Source of the DNA: Eledone cirrhosa
Taxonomy: Eukaryota
Assembly (NCBI GenBank): GCA_964016885.1
Contig: OZ024744.1
Location: 92,628,001-92,692,000, forward strand
DNA: 64,000 nt
Reading direction: 5' to 3'
Program-made: the position numbers and the translations under genes
Part shown: piece by piece, positions 49,098 through 62,485 of the stretch
Layout of the letters: every line of letters starts with the position of its first letter
How positions within the stretch are numbered: the first letter of the stretch is position 1
Notes under the pieces: generated by a model
What the model was told of the DNA's origin: nothing
Databases searched by the model: none
Seen by the model: only the letters and a program-made list of their open reading frames with translations

Positions 49098-49895
49098 GAA
49101 TTCAGAGATCCACAGACATGGAACTGGTTGAAAAGAGGAGACCTTAAAAAGGCTACAGAAGGAATGTTAATGGCTGCGCAAGAGCAGGCCCTCAAAACGA
49201 AGTGGTTGAAACACCATATTTACAAGGAGGAGGCTAACCCACTGTGTTGTAGGATCTGTGGAGAGAGAGAGGAGACTGTGGCTCACATTGTATCCGAGTG
49301 TAAACACCTAGCCCAGACTCACTATAAAGGCTGGAGACATGATGTGATGGGCAGGGTGATCCACTGGCACCTATGCAAAGTAAACAATTTACCACATTCT
49401 GAGAAGTGGTATGAGCATAAGCCAGAGTGGGTGATAGAAAACGATCAGGTGAAGGTGCTGTGGGATTTTAGGATACAGACGGACAAGAAACTGGAACACA
49501 ATAGACCTGACCTAGTGGTTGTGGATAAAGAAAAAAGATCGTGCCTGATTGTGGATGTGGCCTGCCCATTTGACACGAGAGTGCAAGAGAAGGAGAAGGA
49601 GAAAATTAACCGATACCAGGACTTAAAGTGGGAGGTAAAAAGGATTTGGAACTGCCATGAAGTCAAAGTGGTCCCGATTGTCATAGGCGCACTAGGTACT
49701 ATCTCAAAAAGTTTCCAGGAATGGTTAAAGAAAATTGGCCGCTTCATGCTTTTTGGAACGCTTCAAAAGGCATGCTTGCTGGGAACAGCAAGAACCCTCC
49801 GATACGTCCTGAATATCTGAGGCTGCAGGTAGTGGCTTGATATTCATTTCAACAAACTTTCCAGTTAACTAACATCAATGACTGAGACTCAAAGA
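49098..49895 (+). mobile_element. Dong/R4-clade LINE 3' fragment (CCHC finger + REL endonuclease)
   Basis: TEGMLMAAQEQAL, CRICGEREETVAHIVSEC, RHD, NRPDLVV, VDVACPFD, EKINRYQDL, PIVIGALG; followed by (AAT)n. Confidence 0.92.
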
Positions 49896-49915
49896 ATAAT
49901 AATAATAATAATAAT

Positions 49916-51067
49916 CCAGTTAGATATTGCGTTGAAAACTGCAACAATTGGATTATCTACATATCTAAGGGAATCACATGATTGGATGATCAAACTCATT
50001 TTGAAACACGAAAGCATCAAAAGATCATACTCCATTACAAAAGATGCACAAAGATACAGTAATGGACTATAAATTCCAGAAGTCCCATTTACTGCTGAAA
50101 TGGAAAACACAGAAAAAGCAAAGCAGGTAAAAGTAACTGCAAAGAAAGAACTGCTACAGAAACTGGCTAAGAAATGGCAAGAAAAGCCTCTGTATGGAAA
50201 ATACACAGAAAGAGCTAACAATCCTGATGTTGACAAAACTTTAACCCATCAGTGGTTGGCATCCTCTGGACTGAAATCGGAGACTGAAGGACTGATTATA
50301 TCAGCACAAGATCAGTGTCTGCCAACAAAAAATTACCAAGCCAACATAATAAAAAATGGATGCAACCCATTATGCCATGTATGTAAAAATCAACCAGAGA
50401 CCATTGATCATATAATTTCAATGTGCAGTCCTATAGCTCCAACCAAATACCTAAACAGGCATGACAGAGCTGCACAATACATACATTGGATAATGTGTAA
50501 GCATTTTAACCTGCCCCATCAAAAGAATTGGTGGGAGCATCAACCACCTCCCATACTTGAAAAAGATCACGTCTCAATCTTGTGGAACTTTAGCATCCAA
50601 ACAGACCAAAAAATAGATGCAATACTGAAGGACTTTAAAAAGAGGGTATGCCTGCTAATTGATATGTCCGTTCCAATAGACAAGAATGTATTTATAAAAA
50701 CATTTGAAAAATTGAGCAAGTATAAGGACCTGGAGATAGAAATTGGAAAAATGTGGAAATTGAGAACTAAAACAATACCAGTGGTTGTAGGCGCTCTAGG
50801 AATGATACCTAAGGGGTCTAATGATTACTTATCGCAAATCCCAGGAAACCCGCGTATAAGAGAAATACAAAAGATAGTACTAATGGGAACTGCCCATATA
50901 CTAAGGAAGATTCTGTCAATATAAGTACATCACAAGACTAAACACCTAAAGATGCATGTGTGAGTATGTATGTTCTTTCTTGAACATGGCGGACCTTGTT
51001 GTCTCTTGAGGTCACTGGTTGTGACTTGGTGATAACTCGTATGAACATAAAGCAAGATAAATGCAAC

Positions 51068-51068
<1 letters not shown>
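49916..51068 (+). mobile_element. Dong/R4-clade LINE 3' fragment, second subfamily
   Basis: ETEGLIISAQDQCL, CHVC..ETIDHIISMC, RHD, LIDMSVP, EKLSKYKDL, PVVVGALG; (AAT)n on both sides. Confidence 0.92.
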
Positions 51069-51107
<39 letters not shown>

Positions 51108-51465
51108 CTTTCTTTATTAACCACAAGGGTTCACATAAAGTAGACATTAAGGACAGTACAGGACAATACAGGACGGTACGAATGGGCATTTCTGCGTGTA
51201 AAAAAACAAAAACAGAAGAGAAGAAGAAGAAGAAGAAGAAGAAGAAGAAGAAGAAGAAGAAGAAGAAGAAGAAGAAGAAGAAGAAGAATTGTTTCTACTT
51301 TTGGCACAAGGCCAGCAAATTAACCAGTACATTACTGGTACTTTATTTTATCAACCCCCTATGGATGAAAGTCAAAGTTGACCTCAGTAGGAATTGAACT
51401 CAGACTGTAAAAGGCCGTAACTCTATGCTGCAAAGCATGGCGTCCGACCTTCTACCGATACTGCC

Positions 51466-51466
<1 letters not shown>
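51108..51466 (-). mobile_element. Tx1 3'-end fragment (51108-51215), (AAG)n and Nin-SINE (51289-51466)
   Basis: TTTCTTTATTAACCACAAGGG end; UTR nearly identical to 60314-60430; SINE reverse complement. Confidence 0.82.
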
Positions 51467-51503
<37 letters not shown>

Positions 51504-51790
51504 TTAAAAATAAAAATAATGTATAAAATTAAAAGTAAAACAACTACAAATTATTTTAGTTCAAACAAGAGATGAGGGTGGGAATGGGATGCAGTGAGCA
51601 CAAATTCACATGCCCACCCAGACTGATTAAGTCGATATGCAACTAATGTTCATCTTTAATTGTCTGCAGGTTAACAAACAATGCAACAATGCCTGTAAGG
51701 AAAAATGTGGGCCACGGGTGGGGTGAGGTGGGGATGAGGTGTGGTGGTGGTGGTGGTGGTGTGTAGGGGTGTGTGGTGGGGTGGAGAGGG

Positions 51791-52210
51791 TGTTGTATGT
51801 CTATGGAGGAGAGAACTGCAAGTAACACCACCAACATACTTGCCTTTCTCCCAAGGCCCTCTGCAGTGTAGGTGTGGGGGTGGGGGTGAGAGTGTTGTGG
51901 GGGGGGGGGGTAGTGTTGTATGTCTATGGAGAGAAAACTGCAAGTAGCACCACCAACATTGCCTTTCTCCCAAAGCCCTCTGGAGCGTAGGGGGGGGGGG
52001 GGGGTTGTTGTAAGTGTTTGGAAAGAGAACTGCGAGTAGCACCTCCGTACTTGCCTTTCTTCCAAGACCCCCCCCCCCGTAGCATGGGGGTAGGGTGGAG
52101 AGGTGTATTGCGGGGTGGGATGTATTGGGGTGGAGAGGGCGTTGTAAATGTATGGCGAGAGAAGTGCAAGTAACACCACTACCCTTGCCTTTCCCCCATG
52201 GCCCTCTGGA
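51791..52210. repeat. Four ~70-bp repeats separated by variable G-rich spacers
   Basis: GTTGTA.GT.T.TGG..AGAGAACTGCAAGTA.CACC.CC...ACTTGCCTTTC..CCAAGGCCCTCTG at ~51791, 51914, 52006 and 52141. Confidence 0.8.
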
Positions 52211-52736
52211 ACATGAAGGTGGGGAGAGGGAGAGGGGGCTGGGAAGGGCTGTAGTGCTCTGCAGGACAGGGAATAGGCTTGGGTGAGGGTGTGAGAGACA
52301 GAAAGAAGCCATATTACCAAATTACCCAGATGGACATAGTTATTTCTTTGATGTGCTCTACAATGTTTGAGTGTGTGTGTGTGTTTGGTGGTGGCGTTAT
52401 ATGGGGGGGGGGTAATTGCAGTGTCCACGTGGGTGGGTGTGTGTGTGTTTTGGGGTGAGAGTGTGTGTGTGTGTTTGGGTGGGTGGGGTAGTTGCAGTGT
52501 TCGTGGGGATGGGGAATTAGAGAGGAAAGAGTGAGTGTGTGTGTGTGTGTTGGGTGAGGGTTAGTTACAGTGTCAGTGGGTGGGGAGTGAGAGCAGAAAG
52601 ACAGAGTGTATGTGTGTGTGTGTGTATGTGTGTGTGCGTGTGTGTGGGGGGGGGGTAGTCATAGTGTCTGTGGGGTGGGGAGATAGAGAGGAAAGAGTGA
52701 GTGTGTGTTTGAGTGTAAGGAAAGTGAGAGAAAGAT

Positions 52737-53073
52737 ATTAAGAGGGAGAGAGAAAGAGAGAGTGAGAGAGAGGGGGAGAGAGAGAAGGAGATAGGGAGGG
52801 AGAGAGAGGGGGAGAGAGAAGGAGAGAGGGAGAGAGAGAGAGAGAATAGGGACAGAAAGAGAGAAGGAGAAAAGGAGATGATGGAGAGAGAGGGATGAGT
52901 AAGGAGATGGTGGAAAGAGAGGGATAAGGAAAGAGCGAGAGGGGGAGGAGGAGATATAAGGAGAGAGAGGGAGAAGATGAAAGAGAGAGATGAAGAGGGG
53001 AGGAAGAGAGAGTGGAAAGAGAGAGAAAGAGAGTGAGAAATAGGGAGAGAGTGAAAGAGAGATATAAAGAGAG

Positions 53074-53106
<33 letters not shown>

Positions 53107-53560
53107 TAGGAAGAGCAAGAAAGTTAGGGAGAGATAGGGAGCTGGTGAAAAAGAGAGATAAAGAGAAGAAGGAGAGGGAGAGAGAGAGAGAAAGAGAGTG
53201 ATAGATAGGGAGAGTGAGATAGGGAGAGGGTGAAAAAGAGAGATAAAGAGAAGGAGAGGGAGAGAGAGAGAGAAAGAGAGTGATAGATAGGGAGAGTGAG
53301 ATAGGGAGAGGGTGAAAAAGAGAGATAAAGAGAAGAAGGAGAGGGAGAGAGAGAGAGAAAGAGAGTGATAGATAGGGAGAGTGAGATAGGGAGAGGGTGA
53401 AAAAGAGAGATAAAGAGAAGAAGGAGAGGGAGAGAGAGAGAGAAAGAGAGTGATAGATAGGGAGAGGGTGAAAAGAGAGATAATGAGAAGAAGGAGAGGG
53501 AGAGAGAGAGAAAGAGAATGATAGATAGGGAGAGTAAGAAAGAGAGAGGTGAAGGGGGAA
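52737..53560. repeat. GA-rich low-complexity tract with ~80-bp tandem units
   Basis: Seen directly. Confidence 0.9.
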
Positions 53561-53608
53561 GGGGTGTTAGTGGTAAACCGAAATGAAAAATAACGAAACA
53601 ATTTTAAC

Positions 53609-55681
53609 ATTGGTAGAGTGTCAGACACCATGCTTTCCGGTATAGAGTTACATCCCTTTACAGTCTGAGTTCAAATCCCGCCGAGGTCAACTTTGCCTTT
53701 CATCCTTACGGGGTCAATAAAATAAAGTACCAGTAATGCACTGGGTAATTGCTGGCCTTGTGCCAAAAGTAGAAACAATTATATATTTTTGGATTTAATT
53801 TCCTTTATTGTCCTTTATATTTTCTTTATTTCTTTCTTTTCTTTTCTTCTTTCTGTCTTTATTTTCTTTCCTTCGTTCTTTCTCACTTTATTTATTTATT
53901 TTCTTTCTTCTCTTTGATTTTTGATTTTTAAAAATATATATTATATATTGGAATAGAATGAAACGAAATTTCATTTCTCACTCTTAGTACGGCATTTACT
54001 TAAATGTAAGTATGTATGTATACGTACATACATATATGTATACAGACGTTATATATATATTATATATTATATATTATACATTATATATTTTTTATGGTGG
54101 ATTGGCAGTATCGGTAGAGGGTCGGACGCCATGCTTTCCAGCATAGTTACGTCCCTTTACGATCTGAGTTCAAATCCCGCCGAGGTTGACTTTGCCTTTC
54201 ATCCTTACGGGGTCGATAAAATAAAGTACCAGTAATGCACTGAGTAATTGCTGCCTAAAGTAGAAACAATTATTATATATCATATATTATATATTTTATA
54301 TCATTTATTTTATAATATATATTTTATATTATATTTTTAATATTATATATTTTATATTATATATTTTATATTTTATATTTTATATTATATATTTTATATT
54401 ATATATTATATATTATAGATTTTATATTTTTTAATTTATATTTATTATTATGTATTATATGGGGCGGTGAATTGGCAGTATCGGTAGAGAGTCGGACGCC
54501 ATGCTTTGCAGCATAGTTACGTCCCTTTACGATCTGAGTTCAAATCCCGCCGAGGTTAACTTTGCCTTTCATCCTTACGGGGTTGATAAAATAAAGTACC
54601 AGTAATGTACTAGGTTAATTGCTGGCCTTGTGTCAAAAGTAGAAACAATTATTATGTATTATATATTATATACTAGCAGTGGTACCCGGCGTTGTACACG
54701 ATAAGGTATTGTGAAATATATAACCGCCTTAGCTAAGCTTAGTATTGCCACAACCACGGCTGGCAAAGAAGTAAGGGTCTGGTGGTACTAAGTAAGCAAC
54801 ACTGTAGCTTAAAACGTGAGGAAGAAGTTGTGTGCACTTACCAACTGTTTGGGGAATGAGTGTGAAATTTGTTTTGAGCAAGGGTGGCAGAATAACCGGA
54901 GGCAGCAGACAGCCAGACAACGTTATATGCATGTATCTATCTAAAAAGAGAAAGACTAAGAATTATAGAGAGAGATCGATAAATCGCCTAATGCGGTCCC
55001 TAGGGCATTGAAAATTTGAAATTTTTTTTGGCTCAGAACACTCTCTGAAACATAAGTATTACATGTGTAAAGTTTGAAAACAGTCGGTTGGGTGTTTCTC
55101 TAGTTTTAGGTATTCAAAATCACACACAGACAGACAGACATCCTCAGTTTTATATATATAGATATTGTATTTATTATATGATATTATATATTTGATATTA
55201 TATAATATATATTTTATATTATATTTTTTATATTACATATTTTATATTATATATTTTATATTATATATTATATATTCATTCATCATCATCACCGTTTTAC
55301 GTCCGTTCTTCCATGCTAGCATGGGTTAGACGGGTTGTCCTGTTGTGGGCAGTGTCTAGTCGGCTGACCATGCCTTGCTCATACAGGAACTGATTTTGGC
55401 TTATATTATTATATTATTATATTATTTTATATTTATTATATTATATATTATATATTGCATATTTTATATTATATATTCTATGTATATTTTATGTTCATTT
55501 TGGCAGTATCGGTAGAGGGTCGGACGCCATGCTTTGAAGCATAGAGTTACCTCCCTGTATGATCTGAGTTCAAATCCCGCCGAGGTTAACTTTGCCTTTT
55601 ATCCTTACGGGGTTCGATAAAATAAAGTACCAGTAATGCACTGGTTAATTGCTGGCCTTGTGCCAAAAGAAGAAACAATTA
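53609..55681 (+). mobile_element. Cluster of four same-orientation Nin-SINEs (53609-53781, 54096-54273, 54466-54652, 55500-55681) in AT-rich DNA
   Basis: Each copy has B-box, central domain and AGAAACAATTAT tail. Confidence 0.9.
54673..55162 (-). mobile_element. Non-autonomous Helitron, complete
   Basis: Minus strand starts TCTATATATATAAAACTGAGGATGTCTGTCTG and ends CGTGTACAACGCCGGGTACCACTGCTAG; inserted between A and T. Confidence 0.88.
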
Positions 55682-55949
55682 TATTATATAGCATATATTT
55701 TACATAAGAGTATCCCTGCCCTCCCAGGGGGGGGATCAGTAGCTCCGCTTCAGTAATGACTTAGTTTATGTAGACCTGTTAAACCCTCCCTCACAGAAAC
55801 TAAACGTTAAAACAACAATGATTTTATTTTATATTTTATATTTATTATATTTTATATTATATAGTCATCATAATCATCATCATCACCATCGTCATTTAAC
55901 GTCCATCTTCCACACTAGCATGGGTTAGATGGGTTTGTCCTATTCATTA

Positions 55950-57600
55950 GCACCACCACCATACTACCACCACTACTACCACTACTACCACTACAACCGC
56001 CACAACCACCACTACCACCACTACTACCACCACAACCACTACCACCACTACCACTACTACCACCACTACTACCACCACCACTACCACCACTGCCACCATA
56101 GTTCCACTACCACCACCACCACTACCACCATACTTCCACTACCACCACTACCACCACTACTACCACTACCACCACCACTACCCCCACAACCACCACTACC
56201 ACCACTACTAACACCACTGCCACCACTACCACCACTACTACCACCACCACTACCACCACTGCCACCATAGTTCCACTACCACCACTACCACCATACTTCC
56301 ACTACTACCACCACTACTACCACGACTACCACCCCCACCACTACAACCATACTACCACCATACTACCACCACCACCACCACTACCACCACTACCACTACT
56401 ACCACCACTACTATCACCACCACCACCATACTACCACCACAACCACTACCACCACTACCACTACTACCACCACTACTACAACCACCACTACCACCACTAC
56501 CACCATACTTCCACTACCACCACCACTACCACCACTACCACCATACTTCCACTACCACCACTACCACCACCACTACCACCACTACCACCATACTCCCACT
56601 ACCACCACCACTACCACCACTACCACCATACTTCCACTACCACCACTACCACCACTACTACCACCACCACTACCACTAGTACCACCACTACCACCACCAC
56701 TACCACCACTACCACCATACTTCCACTACCACCACACTTCCACTACCACCACCACTACTACCACCACCACTACCACCACCACCACCACCACCACTACCAC
56801 TACCACCATACTTCCACTACCACCACACTTCCACTACCACCACCACTACTACCACCACCACTACCACCACCACCACCACCACCACTACCACTACCACCAT
56901 ACTTCCACTACCACCACACTTCCACTACCACCACCACTACTACCACCACCACTACCACCACCACCACCACCACCACCACCACTACCACTACTACCACCAC
57001 CACTACCACCACCACCACCACAACCACCACCACCACTACCACTACTACCACCACTACTACCACCACCACTACCACCACCACCACCACTACTACCACTACC
57101 ACCACCACCACCACCACCACCACCACTACCACTACTACCACCACCACTACTACCACCACCACTACCACCACCACCACCACCACTACCACTACTACCACCA
57201 CCACTACCACCACCACCACCACCATCACCACCACCACTACCACTACCACCACCACCACCACCACCACCACCACCACCACTACTACCACCACCACTACCAC
57301 CACCACCACTACCACCACCACCACCACCACCACCACCACCACTACTACCACCACCACTACCACCACCACCACTACCACCACCACTACCACCACCACCACT
57401 ACCACTACCACCATACTTCCACTACCACCACACTTCCACTACCACCACCACTACTACCACCACCACTACCACCACCACCACCACCACCACCACCACCACC
57501 ACCACCACCACTACCACTACTACCACCACCACTACCACCACCACCACCACCACCACCACCACCACCACCACTACCACTACTACCACCACTACTACCACCT
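55950..57600. repeat. (ACC/ACT)n microsatellite
   Basis: Seen directly. Confidence 0.95.
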
Positions 57601-57682
57601 AAACATACCATTCATTAGCACCTATAGAATTTCAAGACAATCAGTTGATCTCCAGACCAAAGAAAAAATATGGTAACAATAA

Positions 57683-58410
57683 AAACACACATACATACAC
57701 ATACATATATACGTGCACACAAACACACACACATACATATACACATACATATACACATACACATTCACACACACACATATGCTTACACATGCACATACTC
57801 TCAAATATGTAGGTACACATACACACATGCATATACACAAACATATAGACGCACATGCATAAATACCCATACATACACATACACACACACACACACATGC
57901 ACATAAGCACACACACAATCACATATATGCTCACACACACACACACTCACATACATATATACACACATATACATATTTAAACACACATATATTCACATAC
58001 ACACACACACGTATATACACACGTACACATACACGCATACATATACACACATGTGCACATACAGACATACTCATATGCACACACACACACACAGATACAC
58101 TCACATACACTAATACACACATACATACATACATACACACATACATACTCATATTCATGCACACATACACACACATACACTCACAGACATATACATAATT
58201 TCACAAACTCACACACATACATAAAACACACAAGTACACAAATTTACACACACGCAGACATTCACATACACACATAAATAAACTCACACAAACCCATGCA
58301 CATACATAAACACACATGCACAGACTCACCCACGCATACACATGTACACAAACTCACGCATACACATTCCCACACACACAGACACACAGACACACACACA
58401 CACACACACA
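57683..58410. repeat. (CA/TA)n-rich low-complexity tract
   Basis: Seen directly. Confidence 0.93.
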
Positions 58411-58425
58411 AAAACAATAACAATA

Positions 58426-58943
58426 ATTGTTTCTACTTTAGACACAAGGCCAGCAATTACCCCAGTACATTACTGGTACTTTATTTTATCGACCCTGTAA
58501 GGATGAAAGTCAAAGTTAACCTCGGCGGGATTTCAAATCAGACCGTAAAGGGCCGTAACTCTATGCTACAAACCATGTTGTCCTCAAGTCTAACGAATCT
58601 GTCAATCCACCACCCATTGATGATGATGACAATAATAATTGTTTCTACTTTAGGCACAAGGCCAGCAATTACCCAGTACATTACTGGTACTTTATTTTAT
58701 CGACCCCGTAAGGATGAAAGGCAAAGTTAACCTCGGTGGGATTTGAACTCAGACCGTAAAGGGACGTAACTATGCTAGAAAGCATGGCGTCCGACCCTCT
58801 ACCGATACTGCCAATCCACCCACCCGACCCCCGTAAGGATGACAGGCAACGTTAATCTCGGCGGGAATTTGAACTCAGACCGTAAAGGGCCGTAACTCTA
58901 TGCAGTAAAGTATGGCGTCTGACACTCTACCGATACTGCCAAT
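58426..58943 (-). mobile_element. Three tandem Nin-SINE copies (58426-58614, 58638-58822, 58826-58943 partial)
   Basis: Reverse complements of the SINE consensus seen elsewhere in the window. Confidence 0.9.
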
Positions 58944-59365
58944 CATACCAAAATAATTATTCAAACACCAAAGTTAATGTATACAATAACAATACAATCC
59001 TTTACATCCAACCAAAAGAATGACTTTAGAATTCTAAAAAAAAATCATCAGAGATCATTTTTTTTTGTTGTGTTGTGTGATTGTTTCTTTTAATGTCTTT
59101 GTATTTTTTTACAATTTTTATTTTTAGGTTTTGTTTTGTTGTTTTCTGCTTTAGTTTTTTTTTTGTCCATTTTTTTTTTTTATATTTTTGTTCTTTTACA
59201 ATTTAAAATTTTTTTTTTTTTTTTTGTTATTTGTATTTTTAGTTGTATTTAATTAATTGCAACGTTCGTTCATATATCTTAATAAACCTGTGAGTATTTT
59301 AGGATGAATGGTATCTCTGCTGTGATCTTAACAATTAGTCGGCCATTAGTAGTTTTATAATAATG

Positions 59366-59422
<57 letters not shown>

Positions 59423-59424
<2 letters not shown>

Positions 59425-59778
59425 TGAGCAAGTATAAGGACCTGGAGATAGAAATTAGAAAAATGTGGAAATTGAGAACTAAAACAATACCAGTGGTTGT
59501 AGGCGCTCTGGGAATGATACCTAAGGGGTCTAACGACTACTTATCGCAAATCCCAGGAAACCCGCGTATAGGAGAAATACAAAAGATAGTACTAATGGGA
59601 ACTGCCCATATACTAAGGAAGATCCTGTCAATATAAGTACATCACAAGTCTAAACACTAAGGATGCATGTGTGAATATGTGTGTTCTTTCTTGAACATGG
59701 CGGACCTTGTTGTCTCTTGAGGTCACTGGTTGTGACTTGGTGATAACTCGTATAAACATAAAGCAAGATAAATGCAAA
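59423..59778 (+). mobile_element. Dong/R4 3' fragment, near-identical to 50712-51068
   Basis: SKYKDLEIEI..ILRKILSI plus the same 3'UTR; flanked by (AAT)n. Confidence 0.92.
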
Positions 59779-59789
59779 TAATAATAATA

Positions 59790-59978
59790 ATTGTTTCTAC
59801 TTTTGGCACAAGGCCAGCAATTACCCCAGTACATTACTGGTACTTTATTTTATCGATCCCCCCCCCCCCCGTAAGGATGAAAGGCAAAGTTAACCTCAGC
59901 GGGATTTGAACTCAGAATGGCAAGGGCCGTAACTCCATGCATCATAGCTTGGCGTCCAACCCACTACCGATACTGCCA
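59790..59978 (-). mobile_element. Nin-SINE
   Basis: Reverse complement of the consensus. Confidence 0.88.
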
Positions 59979-60213
59979 AATGGCTGGTACTGCACACGTA
60001 TTGAGAAGAGCACTATCTCTGTAAGACTGATATCCCTCCTTGTATTTACAATCACATGTGTATATATGTATAGTGTTTTATTATAATCAATGTGCTGTAT
60101 TAACTGGCTTACCAAAGCACACTGTGAATTTATTTGCCCTAGGTGTCAGGAAGACACTCGGCATATATCTCAGAAACAATAATGAAAGAAAATAAAAATA
60201 ATAATAGTAATAA

Positions 60214-60248
<35 letters not shown>

Positions 60249-60270
60249 TTATTATTATTATTATTATTAT

Positions 60271-60313
<43 letters not shown>

Positions 60314-60314
<1 letters not shown>

Positions 60315-61265
60315 AGGGTTTACACAAAGGGTTTACACAAAGTAAGACATTAAGAACAGTACAGGACAATACAGGACAATGCAGGACGGTACAAATGGGC
60401 ATTTCTGCGTGTAAAAAAAACAAAAACAGAGGATGTAACAAAAAAGAAACAATGAAAAATTCCCCAATAGGGGGGAGACTTCCGAGGGCCATCGTGGAGA
60501 AAGCCCATTAAAAAAGCCACGGTGACCCTGACCACCAGGGCAAGTGCCCTCTCCCAGTTTAATTTACAAACATATACTCAGAGTAGGCCCATTCACTCGG
60601 GCCATTCTTGCTTCTCTCACCCATCTTTCAACAAAATGCTGGGAAGAGAGCACTTCCCTCTCTACCCTGATTTTCCTTTTCAAATGAAATTTGAAAAAGT
60701 TAATCAGGGCATCACCGAAGAGGTAAGTGCTTGTCTTCAGCCCTTTCAAATGTGTCCACCATACTATCTCTTTCGCCATGGCCACGAGACAGATAAAAAC
60801 TGCCTGCCCTTCCTGGTTAAAGGAAGAGGGCGGGGCAATACTCACGATGGACTCAGCTGATAGCCGGATCCGTCCTACATGCGACAGCAGGTGTTCGACA
60901 TAAACCCACAAGTCAGCAATGCTTGGACACTGGATGAGTGCGTGTAGGACGGTTTTGTCGCCCTGCACGCATCTTGGACAAGTCCGGCTGACAGCACTTC
61001 CATGCCTGTAGAGTTTATCCCGAACTGGCAAAGCTCCTCGGTAGCACTGCCAGGCCAAGTATTTCTGGAAGTTGTCCATAGGCCTCAGCCCAAAAGTTCT
61101 TCCGAAGAGATTGGCTAGTTGATTTTCGTCGACGCCTAGAGTTTCTCCAAGTACGTCGTCGCTCTTCCCCTCCACTAAGCCTCTATAGAACGCCAAGGTG
61201 GAGTTTCCACCGATCACATTGCCCCACTGGTCGAGGGCTGTGAGCGCCTGAAGATATTCCAGTCT
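60314..61265 (-). mobile_element. Tx1-clade LINE 3' fragment
   Basis: MDNFQKYLAWQCYRGALPVRDKL, CPRC..TVLHALIQC, WWTHLKGL; paralogous to the ORF2 C-terminus at 36899-37560. Confidence 0.92.
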
Positions 61266-61273
61266 CTAATACT

Positions 61274-61455
61274 AATTGTGTCTACTTTTGGCACAAGGCC
61301 AGAAATTATCCAAAGTGTATTACTGGTACTTTATTTTATCGACCCCGTAAGGATGAAAGACAAAGTTAACCTCGGCGGGATTTGAACTCAGACCGTAAAG
61401 GGCCGTAACTCTATGCTGCAAAGCATGGCATCCGACCCTCTACTAATACTGCCAA
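61274..61455 (-). mobile_element. Nin-SINE
   Basis: Reverse complement of the consensus. Confidence 0.88.
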
Positions 61456-61488
61456 TATTAATAATAATAATAATAATAATAATAATGA

Positions 61489-61990
61489 TTTCATTTATTA
61501 GCCACAAGGGCCGACATGTAGGGGACAATACAAAGACAGGGACAGTGGGGGTTTACAATAAGGTGGAGTAAAAGTGCACAATGGCAAGACTAATTTAACA
61601 ATGAAAATATAAAAATATAAAATAAACTATGCATAAATATAACAAAATAAATTCCCCGATAGGGGGTGGACGACCCTGGGGTGATTCGGGTACCCCACCA
61701 ATCCTGAACCACCCTGCGCTTCTAGGGCACCCAGGAGAGCACCCCTCTCCTTAAGTTAGCCAGCCTATAGGCGCATGGTCAGAGTAGGCCCATTCACACG
61801 AGCCATTCTCGCCACATTCACCCACCTTTCAGCAAATGTACTGGGGGGCAGCACTTCTCTCTCCACCCTCACTCTCCTTTCCAGGTGAAACTTGAAGAAG
61901 TTGATGAGGGATTGGCCGAAGAGAAAAGTGTCTGTCTTTAGTCCTTTCAACCTGGTCCACCATATAATCTCTTTCGCAACTGCCACCAGA
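61489..61990 (-). mobile_element. Tx1-clade LINE 3' fragment ending in a foldback
   Basis: AVAKEIIWWTRLKGL..RVNGPTL; 3' end TTATTAGCCACAAGGGCC next to (AAT)n. A short paralogous end is at ~48688-48750. Confidence 0.9.
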
Positions 61991-62023
61991 CAGTTGCGAA
62001 AGAGATTATATGGTGGACCAGGT

Positions 62024-62059
<36 letters not shown>

Positions 62060-62061
<2 letters not shown>

Positions 62062-62240
62062 TGCCCATATACTAAGGAAGATTCTGTCAATATAAGTACA
62101 TCACAAGTCAAAACACCTAAAGATGCATGTGTGAGTATGTATGTTCTTTCTTGAACATGGTGGACCTTGTTGTCTCTTGAGGTCACTGGTTGTGACTTGG
62201 TGATAACTCGTATGAACATAAAGCAAGATAAATGCAACTG
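62060..62240 (+). mobile_element. Dong/R4 3' end, third near-identical copy
   Basis: ACTGCCCATATACTAAGGAAG...AAGCAAGATAAATGCAACT plus (AAT)n. Confidence 0.9.
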
Positions 62241-62485
62241 TAATAATAATAATAATAAATAAATAAATTAAGTTTTGTTTTAAAAAAAATTATGAAAATA
62301 AATAGAATTAAATAAATAAATATATAAAAAAAATAAAAATTAAAAAATCTTTTTTAATTAAAAAATTAAAGAGAAAAAATGGGAATATATTAATAATTTA
62401 TTAAATGAAAAAGAGATATTTCACAGAGACAAAAGTAATATGTCCTCACATCTAGTATTTTATTATTTTACGGTAGATATTTTAT

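Noticed and set aside
51791-52210. CRISPR-like repeat-spacer array
   Set aside because: Eukaryotic context; repeats are too long and diverged, spacers are low-complexity, and there are no cas genes.
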